Assembly: GCA_038248855.1 (NCBI GenBank)
Contig: JBBRXA010000009.1
Coordinates: 5,327-69,326 of the forward strand
Direction of reading: 5' to 3'
DNA: 64,000 nucleotides
DNA from: Bacteroidales bacterium
GTDB lineage: Bacteria > Bacteroidota > Bacteroidia > Bacteroidales > VadinHA17
The number at the start of each line of letters is the position of its first letter. Position 1 is the stretch's first letter. Of the stretch, positions 58,701-64,000 are shown one piece after another. The position numbers and the translations under genes were made by a program. The notes beneath the pieces are model-generated. The model saw nothing but the letters and a program-made list of their open reading frames with translations. It made no database searches and was not told the DNA's origin.

Positions 58701-58758
58701 CCTGTTTGACTATCAGGGCGAACATTTCCATCAGTGCCCGAAGTATCTCCTCACTCAT
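55735..58758 (-). CDS. Fused ABC transporter ATPase-permease (ABCG-like order) with N-terminal TerB-like and FHA-like domains and a C-terminal extension
   Basis: 1007 aa. TerB-like two-repeat region at aa 1-140. FHA-like ...FTNGTTLLNGMPI... at aa 165-230. Walker A GASGTGKT (nt 57913-57936), signature ISGGQRKRL, Walker B ILFLDEPTSG. ABC-2-type TMs at aa 555-775. Extra soluble region of about 190 aa plus a terminal TM. Confidence 0.8.
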   Translation of the reverse strand: MSEEILRALMEMFALIVKQDGGMLQGEKDYVSGFLTKQLPHKSADEYMQLFLDNAGPLQEKGYKLTGNTPSVRDSVKILNICKTINKTLTQEQRIISLIRAFELIDSDKQYTPQRMNIINTIAEVFRVSTTEFKSIWAFIREEEEDKFIDPSMIVIDTTDSILNEQAESGFIVFLKVPTVGLYFLRCFTNGTTLLNGMPIANRKIYTFAQGSTVLKPPSTTIYFSDVLSRFTPDAHIHRLTFVAERLTFLFPDGLPAVTDISFSVGEGKLIGIMGASGTGKTTLLNLLSGLARPTSGDVRVNGISIFSAGKALDGVIGFVPQDDLLIEELTVSENLSYAASLCFAEKSKTEIRETVDQMLHTLALFEKKDLRVGSPLNKVISGGQRKRLNIALELIREPSILFLDEPTSGLSTRDSENVMDLIHELTLKGKLVITVIHQPSSEIFKGFDMVLILDSEGQMVYYGNPIEAIVHFKTLDAQINKDLGECPSCGTVNSETLFNILETRVIDEFGQYTEKRKVSPAEWADAFRRRNPVETAREETAPAHSNLQRPGRLKQFAIFLSRDITSKLADRQYILLTLLEGPVLGLILSYIIRYIADPSSDIYIFRENENIPIFIFMSVIVALFLGLTISAEEIFRDRKILRREHFLNLSRSSYLLAKIGVLVGISALQTLLFLTVAIPILEIRGLFPEYCLALFTTAFCANMIGLNISSAFNSPITIYIVIPLLMIPMMVLSGAMFPFDKLNRRIGSVDKVPLIAEIMPTRWTYEALMVKQFTGNEYGKRVYDLRKQISLSDFNTIYRIPKIKDALEITVGKLTWEGRVPPGEPEIQLLKNEITRLGRTGILPSFPGQDSLTPELFSLPLGERLTRWITDAEKEFTKQTNKADLQLDSYISDNKGELSALYNAYHNDMLEEIMRKVYEKNKILEYKNRLIQNVDLIYLEPEPAGPLSFRTHFMAPVKKFLGITAGTFTFNIILVLLSTVILYILLYFEVLRRIVAFLEGIRRQKR

Positions 58759-58841
58759 TTTCCGGTGGTAACTTTAATGTTCAGGTTCAGGTACCAAGAT
58801 AGCAAATTATTACAATCAGGAATGTCACCGCAATTTATGTT

Positions 58842-59603
58842 TTACACTCCTGCTATCCTTCTCTTGTACTCTGCAAGAGCATCTTCCAGCCTCTCCCTGG
58901 CCGTGGTGTCTCCCGGGACATTGTGCGAGGGATGGATATGGAGTTTTACCCCCCTTTCGGCCAGGATCTCCGCCACGGTGGTTATCGTCATCCAGACGCA
59001 GGTGATGAATGCCATGGTCGATATCGGGCCTATCTTGTCCTGATGATTCTTCAGCGTCACCGAAGCATCACCTATCGGGGTGCAGGTATCGACGACAATG
59101 TCGGCAAGGTCGAATATCGTCTTGCCGCTTGAATGCCTCGTCTGCTTTCCCTTCGCCTCGGCAGCAGAGCCGAACACAATCACTTTCATGCCCTTCTTTC
59201 GTGCTTCAATTGCCACATCGATATTGACATTATTTATGCCGGAGTGGGAGAATAGCCACATTATATCGCGACTGTCGAAATTATAGCCCTTCATGATCTC
59301 GACGCCGTAGCCCTCGACGCGCTCAAGGAAGACGAACTGGTGAACCCCCATTTCACCGGTTATCCTGGTGAAAAAGGTAAGCGGCAGCTCGACCATCGGA
59401 TGAAATCCGACGAAGCCTCCGATACGGGGGTACATTTCCTCGATTGGAAGTGTAGCGTGGCCGCACCCGAAGGTATGGACCCATCTCTGGCATTCGATGG
59501 TATCAGCCATCGCTTCGGCGGCCTTCCTGATGTTGTCTGTCTGCGTTTCTTCGATCCTTGTCATTACCTGCCGGGTGTTCGACAGCCATTCTTTTGCTAG
59601 CAT
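58842..59603 (-). CDS. SIS-domain protein (single SIS, UPF0309-like)
   Basis: 253 aa. ...VHTFGCGHA... and FSHSGIN motifs fit a SIS phosphosugar-binding fold. Confidence 0.7.
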   Translation of the reverse strand: MLAKEWLSNTRQVMTRIEETQTDNIRKAAEAMADTIECQRWVHTFGCGHATLPIEEMYPRIGGFVGFHPMVELPLTFFTRITGEMGVHQFVFLERVEGYGVEIMKGYNFDSRDIMWLFSHSGINNVNIDVAIEARKKGMKVIVFGSAAEAKGKQTRHSSGKTIFDLADIVVDTCTPIGDASVTLKNHQDKIGPISTMAFITCVWMTITTVAEILAERGVKLHIHPSHNVPGDTTARERLEDALAEYKRRIAGV

Positions 59604-59629
59604 AATATCTTATTATTTAGATGATTAAT

Positions 59630-60784
59630 TCAAATCTGTGATTTTTGTTTTCGCAAGATTACCGAGCCAAGAATCAGCATCGCGGCAAGCAGCACAAATG
59701 TAATGTTCATCAGGTGATGAATGCCGTACTTCTGTGCAATTATTCCCATCAGGTAATTGACAAGCATGTTTCCTGAGAGGGCGATGACAAAGGCAATGCT
59801 GAATGCAGTTCCTGAGAGTTTGACGTACCTGTCGCCGACAAATCCAAGCATTATTGGAAAGCCTCCGGCCAGGCCCGTGCCCAGTATAAACAGTCCTGCA
59901 ACCGCTGCAAAATAAGTATTCCCGGCTTTTATAAGGAGCAATGCCATAAGGATCAGGGCAAAGGATACGATGAGTATTTTGGCCGGGGCGACTGACCTCA
60001 GTAGGCTTCCAATAAGCAGCCTCATCACAACCATTCCTGATACAAATGCCGTAAGTGCGAACAGCGCCTTGTTCTGCTGTATGGCGAGCCCTTCGGTGAG
60101 GTAACTTGTGGTCCAGTTTTGTATCACACCTTCAAAGCTGCTCTGAAAGAAAAGGAAGAAGGCTATCAGGAGCAGGGTGCTGTCTTTGAGCAGATTCAGG
60201 CCTTCCTTTACCGGAACATCACCAGAGTGTTTGGGCGGCGGGAATTTTATTAACAGGAAATAGATTCCTGCGACAAGTGTAAGAAAACCGACAGCTGTCA
60301 CAATGACTTCAAAGCTGAGGACATCCTTCAGCAGCCCGAGGATAAATGGCATTCCGAGGGCGCCGATGCCGAAAAATACACCGAGAAGACTCAGATTTGC
60401 ACCCTTGTCCTTGTCGCTCAGGTCAGAGACCAGCGCATTGGTGGCTCCGTTAATTGCACCGCCGGCCAGACCGAAGAAAAAGATGCTCACTTTCAGCATT
60501 CCGGGCGAGGTTACATTCGCCAGTGCCATGAATCCTGAGAACATCAGGAAGGCTGATAAAACCATCATTAGCTTGTACCCGAATTTGTCGCAGAAGGGAC
60601 CGAAGATCAGTGACCCGGTCAGGATCCCGAAAGGAAGTATTGAAAAGAGGACACCTGAAGAAATATCATCCAGACCGATCTTCGCTTTCAGGTCCGGGAT
60701 TATGGAGCCGAGGGTGATGAGGCACATGCCGAATAACAGCATCCCGACGCAGGCAGAGGCAAAAACTGTTTTTCTGTTGTACAT
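59630..60784 (-). CDS. MFS sugar transporter (NagP-like by context)
   Basis: 384 aa with 12 TM helices. Lies within the nagA/ROK operon. Confidence 0.75.
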   Translation of the reverse strand: MYNRKTVFASACVGMLLFGMCLITLGSIIPDLKAKIGLDDISSGVLFSILPFGILTGSLIFGPFCDKFGYKLMMVLSAFLMFSGFMALANVTSPGMLKVSIFFFGLAGGAINGATNALVSDLSDKDKGANLSLLGVFFGIGALGMPFILGLLKDVLSFEVIVTAVGFLTLVAGIYFLLIKFPPPKHSGDVPVKEGLNLLKDSTLLLIAFFLFFQSSFEGVIQNWTTSYLTEGLAIQQNKALFALTAFVSGMVVMRLLIGSLLRSVAPAKILIVSFALILMALLLIKAGNTYFAAVAGLFILGTGLAGGFPIMLGFVGDRYVKLSGTAFSIAFVIALSGNMLVNYLMGIIAQKYGIHHLMNITFVLLAAMLILGSVILRKQKSQI

Positions 60785-60853
60785 ATGTGATTGAGGTATT
60801 ATGATCCGGTTCTCTATATGTTCCTTGTGAGTGCGGTCTTATGATCCGGGTTC

Positions 60854-61921
60854 CTATTTATTTCTTGTGAATTCGTTCTTATGCTCCGGTTCCGTATTTT
60901 CCTTTGCCAGCCAGCCGGCTCCGTAAACGCCTGCTTCGCCTCCCAGAGCGGACCCTTCTATGCTTACCAGATGGCTGCTAATGGGTTGTGCCCATCGCGT
61001 GGCTTCTTCAATAATAGCAGGTATCAGGCTGACCGCAGGGCCGAAGACTCCTCCGCCCAGGATGATCTTTTCAGGGTTGAACAGGCTGATGAGGTTGGCT
61101 GTCGCCATTCCCCAGAATTCTATACTTTGTCTTATGACCTTTAGTGCAAGAGGGTCTCCTTTAAGGTATGCGTCAAACACATCATGAGAGGTTATCTCTC
61201 CGGCAGGTTTGTTTCTCAGCACACCCTTATATTTCGTCTCTGTTTTCAGGCATTCACCTGCCACCTTCGCTATGCCTTCCCCGGAAGCGTGATGTTCAAA
61301 ACAGCCGCAGCTGACATATTCATCCCTGAAAGGCTTGCTCAGAGCCAGCCATCCTATTGCACCGGCAATGTCATTTGCGCCCCTGAGGATTCTTCCATCG
61401 GCCAGTATGCCTGCGCCAATGCCCGTACCCACAGACAGAAAGATTGCATTGCTGCAACCGCGGGCATTTCCCTTCCACATCTCACCGAGGATGTAGCAGG
61501 CCCTGTCGCTGTCAATAGTCACCGGAATTGGGGCATTTACCCCTTCCGCATTCTCTGGTGTACCAGTGTCAGCAGCCAATGCCGCTTTCACTTCATCTGC
61601 GGTATCCGTAATATGACCGCATGCCGTCATCACCTCCTGCAGCAGGGGGTAATTGTCCCAGCCTGGGATATTTGGCGCCCAGACGGTGCCTTCCTTAATG
61701 CGGTAAATCCCGGGCACGGAAATACCGACGGATTTGATCCGGCTTCCGTCATTCTGCTTCCGGCTGAGCAATTTTCTGACAGTTTCTGCAACAAGGGCCC
61801 CGGCATCCTTACCTCCGCGATTGCCGAGAAGGGTGACTTCACGTGATAAAATCTCTCCCTCTTCAGTGAAAACAGCAGCTGCCAGTTTGGTCCCCCCGAT
61901 GTCGATTCCAAGGAATGCCAT
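60854..61921 (-). CDS. ROK-family sugar kinase (putative N-acetylglucosamine kinase)
   Basis: N-terminus LGIDIGGTK and ROK Cys motif C.CG..GC.E-like (VSCGCFEHHAS). About 40-aa insertion after aa 100. Confidence 0.8.
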   Translation of the reverse strand: MAFLGIDIGGTKLAAAVFTEEGEILSREVTLLGNRGGKDAGALVAETVRKLLSRKQNDGSRIKSVGISVPGIYRIKEGTVWAPNIPGWDNYPLLQEVMTACGHITDTADEVKAALAADTGTPENAEGVNAPIPVTIDSDRACYILGEMWKGNARGCSNAIFLSVGTGIGAGILADGRILRGANDIAGAIGWLALSKPFRDEYVSCGCFEHHASGEGIAKVAGECLKTETKYKGVLRNKPAGEITSHDVFDAYLKGDPLALKVIRQSIEFWGMATANLISLFNPEKIILGGGVFGPAVSLIPAIIEEATRWAQPISSHLVSIEGSALGGEAGVYGAGWLAKENTEPEHKNEFTRNK

Positions 61922-61969
61922 GTCAGGACTTTTTGAGTTGTTCTTTAAAGTATAAGTACATATCAGCTT

Positions 61970-63094
61970 TTATTCATGTGAACTGGTCTTTAGTGGATCC
62001 GCCCCGTTCAGAAATACGCTGGCGACTTTGAAATCCCCGGTGAATATTGTCAGGTCAGCCTTAAATCCCGGAGCTATAAATCCTTTTCGGGTTTCACCGA
62101 TCAGCATTGCGGGATATGTCGAGGCCATCCTCAAGGCCTCGTCAATCGCGATGCCTGCTTGGTTTACACAGTTGCCTGCCGCCTGAAGCAGCGACAGGCT
62201 TGAGCCTGACAGCGTGCCGTCAGGCAGGGTGAACCGGTCCTTCTTCCTGACGTGGGGATAAGGCCCGTGAAGGGTTTCTTCCACGGCATCGGAGACAAGG
62301 AAGAGCCGTTCCTTCATTATTTTCTTGCTTATCGCTATCATGTCATAATGAACATGTATCCCGTCGGCGATGATGCTTGCGCAGGCCTGATCACTCATGA
62401 ATGCCGCTCCGGGGAGGCCCGGGTTACGGTGGAGCATTGGCGACATAGCGTTGAAAAGATGGGTCACAGTGCGGACCCCGTTCCTGAAACCTGTCATGGC
62501 TTCTTCGTATGTGGCGTTGCTGTGTCCCGCAGCAACTGTCACACCATTGTCAGTCAGCATCCTGATCACATCACTGCTGCATTCCTCCGGCGCCAGGGTC
62601 ATCATTCGCACCGTGCCGCCCGCCTCCTTCAGAAGGGCTTCCACCTCCTTCACATCGGGCTGCCTGATATATTTCTTCGTATGCGCTCCGAACCTGACAG
62701 AACTGATGTAAGGACCCTCAAGATGAAGCCCAAGGACTGCAGGATGAGGATTTTCCATTATGACCCTGAACGCTTTACGGTACACATCGGGAGAATTTGT
62801 CGGCATAGCGATGAGGAATCCGGTGGTGCCACTTCTAATTATGCTTTCAGTCATTGCTGTCAGCGCTTCTGCAGAGGGACTATCGGAAAAGAGGCACCCA
62901 CCCCCGCCGGCTATCTGAAGGTCGATTAGTCCTGGTGCGATGTTTTTACCGGTGCAGTCGATGATCCTGGCACCTGGAGGAACCGATTCAGTCACGTCGA
63001 TAGCACTGATCGTTTCATCGTGGATGAGAAGGGCTTTCCCGGTGATCACTTCCCTGCCGGTATATATTGTCGCATTGATAAAAGCTGTCAGCAT
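61970..63094 (-). CDS. nagA: N-acetylglucosamine-6-phosphate deacetylase
   Basis: GLIDLQIAGGGG, HLEGP and TVAAGHSNAT motifs. Start set at MLTAFINATIYTG (63094); the maximal ORF runs to 63157. Confidence 0.9.
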   Translation of the reverse strand: MLTAFINATIYTGREVITGKALLIHDETISAIDVTESVPPGARIIDCTGKNIAPGLIDLQIAGGGGCLFSDSPSAEALTAMTESIIRSGTTGFLIAMPTNSPDVYRKAFRVIMENPHPAVLGLHLEGPYISSVRFGAHTKKYIRQPDVKEVEALLKEAGGTVRMMTLAPEECSSDVIRMLTDNGVTVAAGHSNATYEEAMTGFRNGVRTVTHLFNAMSPMLHRNPGLPGAAFMSDQACASIIADGIHVHYDMIAISKKIMKERLFLVSDAVEETLHGPYPHVRKKDRFTLPDGTLSGSSLSLLQAAGNCVNQAGIAIDEALRMASTYPAMLIGETRKGFIAPGFKADLTIFTGDFKVASVFLNGADPLKTSSHE

Positions 63095-63337
63095 ATTTGA
63101 AGGAGGTAGTTGTCTTTTCAAAGTTATTGAATTATTGGTGAAATTAAGGACTTCCACCTGCTGCCCCTCCTGATTAAGTATGTTGTAGAAAGGAAAAATT
63201 ACTCTCCACGGTCAGTAAGGGGAGCCGTCCTTACACCAGCAGGCGGATGGACGGGGGTGGTCTAATCTTATTATCCAATAAAACCTTAAATTTACATTTA
63301 CTTACGTGTGCATCAGCTCCGGAAATAATCTCTCAAG

Positions 63338-64000
63338 ATGAAGCAATCTGCAATACTGATACTGTTTATCCTTAATTCTTTCCTCCTCCAGGCGCAGCTT
63401 CTGCCGGGATTTACACCCTCCGGCTCCTTCGACGAGCAGCAGATGGTCATTGAAAATTCACCGCCGGGCACCCGCATACTCATTAATGCCCCGGTGGAAG
63501 GATTCGGACGGAATGACCGTGTTCTGCTTGTCATCTATGCTCTTCCCAATGGCAATACAATCGAGCAGACCTTCGGGAAAAAAATGAAAGAGGGCGACGA
63601 CTGGCATTTCGATATACAGCATATTGGGGCACAGACAAGGTTTTTGAGAGGCGTTCTGAAAAATCAGACCGTTGTGGTGGCATACCTTGAAAACAGCCGG
63701 AAAAGCTGGCCTGCATGGAATGCAAATACACCCGATTATAAAGAACAGGTGAAGCAGACAGTGGAGGAGGTCACTGAGATCGTTACCGCATGGAATCCGC
63801 AGATAGTCCTGAACGGCCACAGCGGCGGTGGAAGGTTCATCTTCAGCTATCTTGATGCCTTTGAGAATATCCCTGATGAGGTGGTCAGAATTTCATTTCT
63901 CGACAGCAACTACGGATGGGAAGACCCCGTTTACGGACCGAAGCTCGTAAGATGGCTCAAGTCAGGCAATGATAAATTTCTTTGCGCTCTGGCTTATAAC
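63338..64000 (+). CDS. Secreted hypothetical protein with alpha/beta-hydrolase-like GHSGG elbow (3' end off-window)
   Basis: Not in the ORF track because it has no stop. The ATG at 63338 opens a frame that runs to base 64000 (221 codons). Signal peptide MKQSAILILFILNSFLLQA. Contains LNGHSGGGRF. Confidence 0.55.
   Translation, partial: MKQSAILILFILNSFLLQAQLLPGFTPSGSFDEQQMVIENSPPGTRILINAPVEGFGRNDRVLLVIYALPNGNTIEQTFGKKMKEGDDWHFDIQHIGAQTRFLRGVLKNQTVVVAYLENSRKSWPAWNANTPDYKEQVKQTVEEVTEIVTAWNPQIVLNGHSGGGRFIFSYLDAFENIPDEVVRISFLDSNYGWEDPVYGPKLVRWLKSGNDKFLCALAYN

Noticed and set aside
61184-62929. 220-aa and 225-aa ORFs antisense to the ROK kinase and nagA
   Set aside because: These are shadow ORFs opposite confidently identified genes. 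Their translations are Arg/Cys/His-rich nonsense typical of antisense frames.

Overview
This 64-kb window reads as a chromosomal core segment of a Bacteroidota genome. The taxon call is an inference from gene content: a PorP/SprF T9SS protein, an ECF-sigma/FecR/STN module, CarboxypepD_reg-domain proteins, a three-gene frdCAB-type succinate dehydrogenase with a b558-like cytochrome b, and TAnnTTTG-like promoter motifs. All family calls come from motifs I recognise in the supplied translations, not from database searches. I can support about 58 intact CDS. Housekeeping genes include glyQS, nadB, dusB, sdhCAB, dxs, frr, pyrH, tsf, rpsB, rpsI, rplM, purD and guaD. There are also envelope-glycan genes, peptidoglycan-remodelling genes and a GlcNAc utilisation operon. 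One tRNA-Leu(CAA) is present, along with several hairpin plus T-run terminators. Two genes look decayed: a doubly frameshifted hexaheme cytochrome c lipoprotein and a membrane-protein remnant; a small ABM-like lipoprotein ORF may also be truncated. Two tandem duplications each span the stop codon of a minus-strand gene. I see no CRISPR array, rRNA, transposase, integrase or recognisable defence genes. There are three best candidates for something undescribed. (1) A four-gene ECF-sigma/FecR operon whose STN-domain partner is a 513-aa protein with no room for a TonB-dependent barrel, plus a paralog (33261-37648). (2) An operon encoding a 1007-aa TerB-like/FHA-like/ABCG-type ATPase-permease fusion with two uncharacterised exported proteins (54319-58758). 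(3) A translationally coupled radical SAM/SPASM and penicillin-acylase-family pair (37733-41151). All three are hypotheses from domain architecture and gene order only.
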